Source: Nitrosopumilus sp. (GTDB lineage: Archaea > Thermoproteota > Nitrososphaeria > Nitrososphaerales > Nitrosopumilaceae). Taken from it: DNA of 32,000 nucleotides. The notes below the pieces were generated by a model. It searched no databases and was not told the origin of the DNA. It worked only from the letters and a program-made list of their open reading frames with translations. A program made the translations under genes and the position numbers. Positions 24,895 through 32,000 of the stretch are shown piece by piece (the stretch's first letter is position 1; each line of letters opens with the position of its first letter). The stretch covers positions 10,338-42,337 of the forward strand of contig JAOTTS010000001.1 of the NCBI GenBank assembly GCA_029864335.1. The letters run 5' to 3'.

Positions 24895-24971
24895 CTAAAC
24901 AATTAGGAGAACCACTCCTTTTTAATTTTATTAAATATTAATAATTTTTAAAAAATGAAATTCTTAAATTT

Positions 24972-25079
24972 CTAAGAAGAATGTTTGAAATATTTTTCTG
25001 CACATTCTTTAGTGCAAAACTCACTTATGAATAGATCAAAAATTCTTTCCACAATTTTTACATTTTGTGTCCATATCAT
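24972..25079 (-). pseudogene. TRASH-like mini zinc-finger ORF split across two frames at an A5/T5 run
   Basis: ATG 25074 gives MDTKCKNCGKNF-TGA. The neighbouring frame (ATG 25079) gives ...FDLFISEFCTKECAEKYFKHSS-TAG. Removing one T of the T5 run (plus-strand A5 at 25038-25042) yields MDTKCKNCGKNFDLFISEFCTKECAEKYF, a CxxC...FCxxxC pattern. Confidence 0.3.
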
Positions 25080-25112
25080 TTTCCAATTATTTTAAAAATA
25101 CCCACATGTATT

Positions 25113-25295
25113 TTATTTGAGGCAGTGCTCGCAAGGAGTGAACTTTTCTTTTATTGCTTCTTCAAGAATATCTGGAACAAAGTATGTTTTATCTTCTTTT
25201 TTCACATAGTAGATTTTGCACTCTGGAATCATAGTTGCCAAATGATGGACAATCATGTCGGATTTATTTCCAAGATATCCTGCCATAATTAGCAT
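25113..25295 (-). CDS. 60-aa mini-protein with a C-terminal CxxC
   Basis: MLIMAGYLGNKSDMIVHHLATMIPECKIYYVKKEDKTYFVPDILEEAIKEKFTPCEHCLK. Its ATG is overlapped by the end of a 20-codon upstream ORF. Confidence 0.45.
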   Translation of the reverse strand: MLIMAGYLGNKSDMIVHHLATMIPECKIYYVKKEDKTYFVPDILEEAIKEKFTPCEHCLK

Positions 25296-25405
25296 TCATC
25301 CAATTTTTCAAAGAGTCGAACTATTGATGCATCAACCAAACCATTTACCATCATATTCTGAGTTATTCTCTTTGTCCTATAAACTAGATGAAAAATTGGC
25401 TAAAC

Positions 25406-25549
25406 CTATTTTGATTTATTTTCTAAACATAAATTACATAATGTTTCATAGGTCATACTTTTAATTGGCTTGAATTTATTCCCACAATTTTCACATGTGT
25501 TAAGTAAAATCAATTTTTCAATTGTATTCTCATTTTGTGGTTGAGTCAA
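25406..25549 (-). CDS. 47-aa zinc-ribbon mini-protein
   Basis: Hand-translated as (M)TQPQNENTIEKLILLNTCENCGNKFKPIKSMTYETLCNLCLENKSK. The TTG start overlaps the TGA stop of the upstream ORF (TTGA). Confidence 0.45.
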   Translation of the reverse strand: MTQPQNENTIEKLILLNTCENCGNKFKPIKSMTYETLCNLCLENKSK

Positions 25550-25704
25550 TCATATTCCTCTTTACTATAAGCGATGTCTGATTTATCAAATTCATTGTTT
25601 AAATTATTTTCAAGTCCTTTGATTTTTTTATCTATTTTACCAATATCTTTCAATGAGAAGGAGATCTTGAATTCATCTTTTTTTGATGATTCTACTTTGG
25701 ACAT
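25546..25704 (-). CDS. 52-aa highly charged mini-protein
   Basis: Hand-translated as MSKVESSKKDEFKISFSLKDIGKIDKKIKGLENNLNNEFDKSDIAYSKEEYD. Its ATG is 4 nt after the preceding ORF's TAA. Confidence 0.45.
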   Translation of the reverse strand: MSKVESSKKDEFKISFSLKDIGKIDKKIKGLENNLNNEFDKSDIAYSKEEYD

Positions 25705-25708
25705 TTTG

Positions 25709-25888
25709 TTAAGGCTCAACATGTTTTACAATCCAATCTTGAACCGCCATATCTGTACGGTGATCTTGACATCGTACATGAGGGCATGGAATTAATCTGT
25801 GACAGCTTTCTTCCTCACATTTTCGATAATTTCCAGGAATATTGGTGCCTTTGGGTGTTATTTCCAAGTTAAGACATCCATTTAGCAA
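25709..25888 (-). CDS. 59-aa Cys/His-rich mini-protein
   Basis: Hand-translated as (M)LNGCLNLEITPKGTNIPGNYRKCEEESCHRLIPCPHVRCQDHRTDMAVQDWIVKHVEP. The TTG start is uncertain. Confidence 0.35.
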   Translation of the reverse strand: MLNGCLNLEITPKGTNIPGNYRKCEEESCHRLIPCPHVRCQDHRTDMAVQDWIVKHVEP

Positions 25889-26111
25889 TACGATAATATT
25901 TTTGATATGATTTGCAGAAAACCATTTTTTAAATCAAAATTTTAGGTGCTTTCACATTCACACTTTTGCTGTTTTTCAAATCTAGGATATTTTAGCTTAT
26001 GGCATACATCACAGTATAGTTGATTTGACACATCTATTAAATGCTGATTTGCGTATTAAGAGTATTGTATGATTCATCTACACTGAAAATTACATTTTTT
26101 ATGTTTTAGAA

Positions 26112-26252
26112 TCATTGATTACGTGATTGACTAACATTACCATTCACATCAAGTATATCTCCGCATATCTGACATTCCCACTCTCCATTACAACTTATTT
26201 GGTTTCCATTTATGCCACTAGATGTATTACAAACTTTACAGTGTAATGACAT
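26112..26252 (-). CDS. 46-aa zinc-ribbon mini-protein
   Basis: Hand-translated as MSLHCKVCNTSSGINGNQISCNGEWECQICGDILDVNGNVSQSRNQ (CxxC ... CxxC). Its ATG overlaps the TAA of the upstream ORF (TAATG). Confidence 0.45.
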   Translation of the reverse strand: MSLHCKVCNTSSGINGNQISCNGEWECQICGDILDVNGNVSQSRNQ

Positions 26253-26382
26253 TATTTTATTTTTTTCCTTAATGTTTTTGATTTATTATTTTCTAAATGC
26301 ATATTTTCATGTTCACGTACTTGATCAAAAGTATACGAGGTTCCCTCCCATTAAAATCACATTGATTACAGTGATATTTCAT
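26252..26382 (-). pseudogene. C2H2-like mini zinc-finger ORF split across two frames
   Basis: ATG 26382 gives MKYHCNQCDFNGREP.... A second frame gives WEGTSYTFDQVREHENMHLENNKSKTLRKKIK-TAA, and that TAA overlaps the next ORF's ATG. A 1-nt change near 26350-26352 would give YHCNQCDFNWEGTSYTFDQVREHENMH (C-x2-C-x16-H-x3-H). Confidence 0.3.
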
Positions 26383-26545
26383 TTTATTTTGTCACATCTT
26401 TTTGTTGCATGTGAGATTTTTTGAATATTTTTTCATAATTTGTTTTAGTTTTGAAAGATTCAAATTTCAATTTAATGATTTTTTTTAACATACTTTTGAT
26501 GGTATTCCTTTGATATATACCGGCGTAATTCTAAATAAAAAAAGA

Positions 26546-26956
26546 CTAGTAGCCTTCTTCTCCAGAGAAAAGAAGACACCAATAGTTTGCATTTGTCTTT
26601 GCAGATTTTTTCTGACCTATCTTACATGGTCCAAATACCTTTCCAGCAGATAATTCTGACTGGTAATTAGGAACTCTTTGAATCTGTTTAACAATTGCCG
26701 GTGTTACAAAAAATGAACTAACCATTTGATAATTCACATCAAATGTTTCCACAGTGTCTATGACATTATAGTCTGTTAATCCATCATCTCCTATCGCATC
26801 CTTTGGCGTATATGGTGATGGTTTTCCTCTGTTGGTTCGAAAGTCTTTGATGTTGATGATTTTGCCTAAAATCTTGCCTATTCCCACTGCTTTGGTTTGT
26901 TCTTGTGGTTTGTTGTAATCACCCAAATTGATCTGAGTTTGTGTCGTTTCATTCAT
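26546..26956 (-). CDS. Hypothetical 136-aa protein at the head of the mini-ORF train
   Basis: Clean ATG ORF with no recognisable motif. It is followed on the same strand by the 24972-26382 mini-ORFs and preceded by a 460-bp non-coding region. Confidence 0.55.
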   Translation of the reverse strand: MNETTQTQINLGDYNKPQEQTKAVGIGKILGKIINIKDFRTNRGKPSPYTPKDAIGDDGLTDYNVIDTVETFDVNYQMVSSFFVTPAIVKQIQRVPNYQSELSAGKVFGPCKIGQKKSAKTNANYWCLLFSGEEGY

Positions 26957-27419
26957 TTCTGATTCGCTTTTTTAGGCCACAAATTCTAATTGAGTTGTTT
27001 CTTTTATGATCTGATGACGTCAAGTCAATACTAATTCAATATGTTCTTAATCTAGTTTGAATTTCGTATTTATTACTGAAGGTAAACCTTCCAAGATTTT
27101 CTAAAATTTCAACAAAATGTTAAGGATTTTAAACTTAGACTAATTGATTTGAATACCTACGAAGATTTAGGTCTAAAAGTTTGAATACAGAATCTGCATA
27201 AACTACAATTTTGAGTTTGAACATCTAATTGTCTTCAAACTTTGCCCAAAAAAGGTTCGAGTCTCTATGGGCAGAATTTACAAGAACTATTTTAGTTAAC
27301 AAATAGGCGGGTTGCTGGTTGGTTTCTCTATAATGTAAATTCAAAAATGATTTAACTTCCATAAAAATGAATCATCACAAAATGGAAAAAAGATTAATTT
27401 CACTTGGATTGTCTGATTG

Positions 27420-27863
27420 TTATTGCTTTGTGGTTAATAGGTGACAATGTGATTCATGATGAATAGTGTTTATAATATCATCATAAAGTGTCATTTCTAC
27501 CATTGATAGTTTTGGATAGTCAACAATTAATAGATCAATTTTGTTTTCTTTTACATAATCAATTACCCAATGTGCAATAGAATCAGTTAACACAAATTTT
27601 GTTTTGATATGAATTCCTTCTTTTAAAGCGATTTTTTTCCAATTCTCTAATTCTTTCTTTAGTTTAGAAATTTGTAATTGAGCTTTTTTCTTGTCTGATT
27701 TTGTCTCAAAAAAATACAGTTTAGGCTGAATTTTGTACATACATTCAATGACGGTAAAGTCAGATTCAAATTTTTTTGCTAATTCAAGTCCTACACCAAA
27801 TGACTTTTTGGTGTGTGTTGGAGTAATTATTGCAACTGCTATGTTTTTGAATATTTTGGACAT
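27420..27863 (-). CDS. Universal stress protein (UspA-like) family
   Basis: 147 aa. NIAVAIITPTH...DFTVIEC.......IDYVKENKIDLLIVDYPK has the Usp alpha/beta layout. The ATP-binding G-x2-G-x9-G(S/T) motif is not evident, so it may be a non-ATP-binding type. Confidence 0.7.
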   Translation of the reverse strand: MSKIFKNIAVAIITPTHTKKSFGVGLELAKKFESDFTVIECMYKIQPKLYFFETKSDKKKAQLQISKLKKELENWKKIALKEGIHIKTKFVLTDSIAHWVIDYVKENKIDLLIVDYPKLSMVEMTLYDDIINTIHHESHCHLLTTKQ

Positions 27864-27993
27864 AGTTGTTAGTTCAAAGTCTGTTTTCTATTCTAATATT
27901 TAATTATATGATTAACTGAATGGATGTTCGTAAAGTATATGTTTTGAAATACTTTTTTTACACACTTAATATGTGAAATATGGTTAATGATTT

Positions 27994-28563
27994 ATGAAGT
28001 TAAAAGTAATCACAAATGATTCTGATGTCTCAAATACTGGAGAATTTCCTTGTATTTCATGTCATACAAACTGCTGCAAAGAGTATGTGATATTTGTTAA
28101 TGCTCATGACATTTACCGACTCTCAGTTGGAGTGGGATTGGCCCCAGAGAGTTTTCTTGAGATTTATGGAGCAAAGGATTATGATCTTGGAATAAAGGTT
28201 AAAGAAGGTTTGTTAGATCTTGCTTTAAAACAAAAAGATGGTGGATGTATGTTTCTTGAAGAATCTAAAGATATCTTTCGATGTACCGTAAATGACTTTA
28301 AACCAAGCGTGTGTAAATCATATCCATTTCAAATGAAAAAGGGAAAATTAATCCAGATGAGTGATAAGATGTGCCCTGTTGAGTGGGATACCAAAGAATT
28401 TGAGGCTATTATGTCAACTCATCTCAAAAAAGATGAAGATGAATGGAAGTTTTATGACGAACTTGTACTAGAATGGAATGCAAAGCATGGGATAAAAAAA
28501 CCACTGTCTGGATTTTTGAAATTTATGCTAGATAGAGTAGTTTTAGAATGTGTAAAGTCTTGA
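27994..28563 (+). CDS. YkgJ/UPF0153-type putative Fe-S or zinc-chelating protein
   Basis: FPCISCHTNCCKEY (CxxCxxxCC) N-terminal motif and a second motif, FKPSVCKSYPF, typical of the CxxCxxCC family. Confidence 0.8.
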   Translation: MKLKVITNDSDVSNTGEFPCISCHTNCCKEYVIFVNAHDIYRLSVGVGLAPESFLEIYGAKDYDLGIKVKEGLLDLALKQKDGGCMFLEESKDIFRCTVNDFKPSVCKSYPFQMKKGKLIQMSDKMCPVEWDTKEFEAIMSTHLKKDEDEWKFYDELVLEWNAKHGIKKPLSGFLKFMLDRVVLECVKS

Positions 28564-28816
28564 TAATTTATTTTATCTTTGGATAATAGAAACGATGGTC
28601 CATATTGCTCTACGTGTCCGGTCGATTTCGAATAAATGTGCGTCTAGTTCTATCTCCAAAAATGAGGTATTAAACTAAAACACTAAGACCCTTTGACGGC
28701 CTAAAACTAGATAATCTATACGGGATTATGCGGATTATTATTGAATTATGGTTTGTTCTTGAAAAAATTTTGAGGCTTGACTGAGAATTTTAAACGTTAG
28801 TTCGATATTGGATTTA

Positions 28817-30040
28817 TTAATCCTCATAGAAATTTTCAATTTTTTCTGCTTTTAGAAAATCTTCTAGCATCTCAATTTTTTGTTTCTGGTATTGGTATAA
28901 ATCAGATAAAATAGGCACCAATCCTGTACTCAGAGTAGCTTCTGTAACAGAATTTTTTCTATCAATGTAATCATAATTATCATTTAGAGTTTTGTCATAA
29001 ACAAATTTTTCGATTACTTGGATTCTATCATCTTGATTGTATTCCCATATAGGATTTGTATATAGCACAACACATTCATTTGCTCGTAGATTTTTCATAG
29101 CAGCATAATAATCCTCTTTACTTAATTTAAGAAACACATCATACGATTTATCACACAATTGAACTAGATCTTTACTGTGTTCTAAAATTTTTTTATCATT
29201 AAATGTAATATGTCTATCTGTATCAATGTTGGAACATTTAGCTAATGCGTAAATTTTTTCTCCTGCTAAAAGTGTTTTATCATAAATAATTTTCAAACAA
29301 TCTTCGTATTGTTCATTAAAAAAATCTTGCTTTGAATAATCCGGCATTATGTTTTTTTCTTGTAATTTATTTTCTATATATTCAACTTTTTCTTTTTGTT
29401 CATCAAACAAGTATTTCAAATGGAAGAAAACGGGATCGTTTAGTTGTGCTTCTTCAATGCCTTTTTGTCTTAAATCTTTGCCCTCTTCAACACTTTGTTT
29501 AACTTGATCGTAAATAAAATTATGCAATTGAACATTTCTGTCACCTGCTGTAGAATTCCACATAGGAGCTAAATACAATTGTACACATTTTTCGGCTAAT
29601 CCTCCAGCTTGATTTCTCATGTTTTTGGCGCCCACTAGTAGATATATTTCATATTTTTCATCACAAAATTCAATTGTCGTCCTAGAAAATTTAGTAAGTT
29701 TTTGCGGTACTAATGAAGAATCATATTTTTGTAATTTATTGCATTCTTTAAGATCATTTAATCTTGCAACATGGTTAAGATGAGTATTTTCCTTGACTAT
29801 TCTTGGACATTCATTATGTAATTCTTCTGAATAATATTTTTGAAAAAGCGAAATTTTACTTTCTGATGGTGAACAAGTTTTTAGCGTATAAACTCTTTCA
29901 ACTGGGGTCATTGATTTATCATTCATCATTAAACTTCTACATTCAATCCTTGTTTCTCCAAAGCTGTCCTGAATTGTCAATGAAAAAAGTGTGATTATAA
30001 CAAGCAATGGAATTAAAGCAAAAATTATCTTATACATCAT
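28817..30040 (-). CDS. Secreted protein with an internal two-fold duplication
   Basis: 407 aa with a signal-peptide-like MMYKIIFALIPLLVIITLFSLTIQDSFG. Two homologous halves each end in a coiled-coil segment (see findings). Confidence 0.75.
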   Translation of the reverse strand: MMYKIIFALIPLLVIITLFSLTIQDSFGETRIECRSLMMNDKSMTPVERVYTLKTCSPSESKISLFQKYYSEELHNECPRIVKENTHLNHVARLNDLKECNKLQKYDSSLVPQKLTKFSRTTIEFCDEKYEIYLLVGAKNMRNQAGGLAEKCVQLYLAPMWNSTAGDRNVQLHNFIYDQVKQSVEEGKDLRQKGIEEAQLNDPVFFHLKYLFDEQKEKVEYIENKLQEKNIMPDYSKQDFFNEQYEDCLKIIYDKTLLAGEKIYALAKCSNIDTDRHITFNDKKILEHSKDLVQLCDKSYDVFLKLSKEDYYAAMKNLRANECVVLYTNPIWEYNQDDRIQVIEKFVYDKTLNDNYDYIDRKNSVTEATLSTGLVPILSDLYQYQKQKIEMLEDFLKAEKIENFYED

Positions 30041-30441
30041 TGTAAATTATATAATCCTGCAATATATACACAACTTTAAATGACTTCTTACAAAATAACC
30101 ACGGGGATTCAGCTACCATTTTGGGGTTAAAAATGGACGCAGACATAGATAAAATAAGTCCTCAAAGAAAAATATGAAATCACAAAACCTTTCTAATTAC
30201 TTGATTCTAAACCTTGTCACACAACTCTTTGTGGGAATGGAATTTCAATTCTAATTTTTCTGAAATATCATGTTGGTCAAATCCAGAATAATCATTTTTT
30301 TCCATGTTTATTTTTAGAACTCAAGATTTCTGAGTTTATATAGATAATAACGATTTGATGCTTACGTAATTATGAAAACATTTTGTCCCTAAGGGGCCCA
30401 TACCCCAAGAATTTTAAACTCAAACTATTAAATTTCTACTT

Positions 30442-32000
30442 ATGCGAATATTGCAACTTCATTGTGATAGCATAGAGTATACTCCAACAAAAAAGGAGAT
30501 TAAGTCTGCAGAAGATATTGAAAATCCTGAAACTCAAAGGCTAGAAGAATTAGTAGTTGTGTTTGTTGCAATAGAAGATGGTGATGATTCTTCTGTTGCT
30601 CAAGATGCTATTTCGCAAATTAGAAATTCGATGGAAAAAATTGGCTGTAAAAAATTATTGCTATATCCATACGCTCATCTAAGCTCCAATCTTGCAAAAC
30701 CATCTGTTGCCATTTCGGTACTCAAAGAGATGGAAATTGCTGCATCAGATCTTGATGTTTCTCATTCCCCATTTGGCTGGACAAAATCTTACAAACTTCA
30801 AGTAAAGGGACATCCATTAGCTGAAAGCTCCAAAGTCGTAACAAAAGATTCTGCTGATTTACAAACAGAAGAACTCACTTCAGATGCATTAAAGGGTGAA
30901 TCAAAAATTAGATCCATTTGGAAAATAATGTCTCCTGATGGAATGATGTCTAACATTGGTGATTTTGATTTTTCAAATTATAAAAAATTGGAATCTTTAG
31001 CAAAATATGAATCGGCAAAACAGCGACGTGTAGATGAGTCTCCTCCACATGTTGCGTTGATGAAAAAAATGGGAATTGCAGATTACGAACCAGCATCTGA
31101 TTCTGGTAACATGAGATTTTATCCTAATGGTAGATTGATTAAATCTTTGATTGAACGCTATGTTACTGACAGAGTTAAAGAATATGGCGGATATGAAGTT
31201 GAAACACCAATCATGTATGATTCTGAACATCCAAGTATGGTTAGTTACTTTAATCGATTTCCCGCAAGACAATACAACATTGATTCAGAAGGGAAAAAAT
31301 TATTTTTAAGATTTGCAGCTTGTTTTGGACAATTTTTAATGGCTAATCAATACCAAATGTCTTACAAAAATCTCCCATTCAAACTATATGAACTCACAAG
31401 ATACAGCTTTAGAAGAGAACAGTCAGGGGAACTTGTAGGTCTTCGTCGCCTTAGAGCATTCACAATGCCTGATTGCCATGCATTCTGTAAAGACATGGGA
31501 CAAGCAGTTGATGAGATTAAGGTAAGGTTTGATTTATCCCAAAGTGTTCTCACTGAGCTAGGAATTGACGGAACTGACTATGAAATGGCAATTAGATTCA
31601 CGGAAGATTTTTACAATGAAAATAAAACTGCAGTTGAGGAATTAGTAAAGAAACATGGAAAACCAGTATTAGTTGAAATGTGGACTGAAAAATTCTTTTA
31701 TTTTGTTCTAAAATGGGAGTTTAATTTTATTGATGTACTAGGAAAAGCATCTGCTCTTTCTACCGACCAGATTGATGTGGAAAATGGTAGTAGATATGGA
31801 ATTGAATTTGTTGATGAAAATAATACATCAAAGCATCCAATAATCTTGCACAATTCTCCAAGCGGAGCAATTGAGAGAATCATTTACGCTCTACTTGAAA
31901 AGGCCGCAAAAGACTCCAAAGAAGGAAAAAAACCCCAATTCCCATTATGGCTTGCGCCAACACAAGTGAGAATAATCCCGCTAAATGCTGAATTTAATGA
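30442..32000 (+). CDS. thrS: Threonyl-tRNA synthetase, archaeal type with an N-terminal editing domain (3' end outside window)
   Basis: Absent from the ORF track because it has no stop in the window. Hand-translated from ATG 30442 as MRILQLHCDSIEYTPTKKEIKSAEDI...VVVFVAIEDGDD...LLLYPYAHLSSNLAKP (archaeal ThrRS editing domain). It then has class-II motifs: FRREQSGELVGLRRLRAFTMPDCH (motif 2) and HNSPSGAIERIIYALLE (motif 3). Confidence 0.95.
   Translation, partial: MRILQLHCDSIEYTPTKKEIKSAEDIENPETQRLEELVVVFVAIEDGDDSSVAQDAISQIRNSMEKIGCKKLLLYPYAHLSSNLAKPSVAISVLKEMEIAASDLDVSHSPFGWTKSYKLQVKGHPLAESSKVVTKDSADLQTEELTSDALKGESKIRSIWKIMSPDGMMSNIGDFDFSNYKKLESLAKYESAKQRRVDESPPHVALMKKMGIADYEPASDSGNMRFYPNGRLIKSLIERYVTDRVKEYGGYEVETPIMYDSEHPSMVSYFNRFPARQYNIDSEGKKLFLRFAACFGQFLMANQYQMSYKNLPFKLYELTRYSFRREQSGELVGLRRLRAFTMPDCHAFCKDMGQAVDEIKVRFDLSQSVLTELGIDGTDYEMAIRFTEDFYNENKTAVEELVKKHGKPVLVEMWTEKFFYFVLKWEFNFIDVLGKASALSTDQIDVENGSRYGIEFVDENNTSKHPIILHNSPSGAIERIIYALLEKAAKDSKEGKKPQFPLWLAPTQVRIIPLNAEFN

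Noticed and set aside
25065-26424. Plus-strand track ORFs 25065..25292, 25255..25464, 25574..25795 and 26212..26424
   Set aside because: Their products are Phe/Ile/Leu-rich nonsense. The minus strand here carries a coherent series of CxxC mini-ORFs with coupled junctions.
27008-27079. Possible C/D-box sRNA (CTGATGA at 27010-27016, CTGA at 27076-27079)
   Set aside because: There is no internal C'/D' pair, no terminal stem, and the base before UGAUGA is not a purine. The evidence is insufficient.
27243-27273. tRNA-like fragment (GGTTCGAGTCTC inside a TGCCCA...TGGGCA hairpin), considered as a possible att-site remnant
   Set aside because: The flanks of TTCGAGT do not form a T-stem and no acceptor or anticodon arm can be drawn. 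The T-loop-like match on its own is compatible with chance.
30997-31883. Track ORFs 30997..31272, 31362..31553 and 31698..31883 on the minus strand
   Set aside because: All are antisense shadows of thrS, which is open on the plus strand from 30442 to the window end and has unmistakable class-II synthetase motifs.
1-32000. Scan for CRISPR arrays, rRNA, tRNA, transposases/integrases and long tandem repeats
   Set aside because: I could recognise none by eye. A proper tRNAscan, Infernal and repeat search is still needed, since my visual scan cannot exclude short ncRNAs or distant direct repeats.

Overview
AT-rich (about one-third GC) archaeal chromosomal segment. The gene content (aRF1, RpoK/Rpo6, eS25, Alba, deoxyhypusine synthase, archaeal-type ThrRS with an N-terminal editing domain) and the TATA-like boxes about 26-28 nt upstream of start codons (leaderless-style) fit a Nitrosopumilus-like ammonia-oxidising thaumarchaeon; this placement is inference only. 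Core and metabolic genes include HIT, MarR, a UPF0104 membrane protein, a PNPOx-like flavoprotein, DUF2203, a MenA-like UbiA prenyltransferase followed by an aldo/keto reductase, a COG2522-type HTH regulator, Usp and a YkgJ-type Fe/Zn protein. There are also two large secreted proteins. Two patches look accessory. (1) 10.1-15.5 kb holds a stand-alone KAP P-loop NTPase framed by two near-identical palindromes, surrounded by mini zinc-ribbon ORFs and genes interrupted by in-frame stops or frameshifts. (2) 24.4-27.0 kb holds a same-strand train of 30-60-aa, mostly CxxC-bearing ORFs with overlapping stop/start codons. An asparagine-synthase-like PP-loop ATPase is split by a 1-nt frameshift. The ORF track misses thrS (30442..32000) because it runs off the window end. 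It also over-extends several ORFs (5136..7673, 21330..22223, 13693..14283) and lists many antisense shadow ORFs. I could not recognise any rRNA, tRNA, CRISPR array, transposase or integrase. All family assignments rest on motif recognition by eye and no database search was run.
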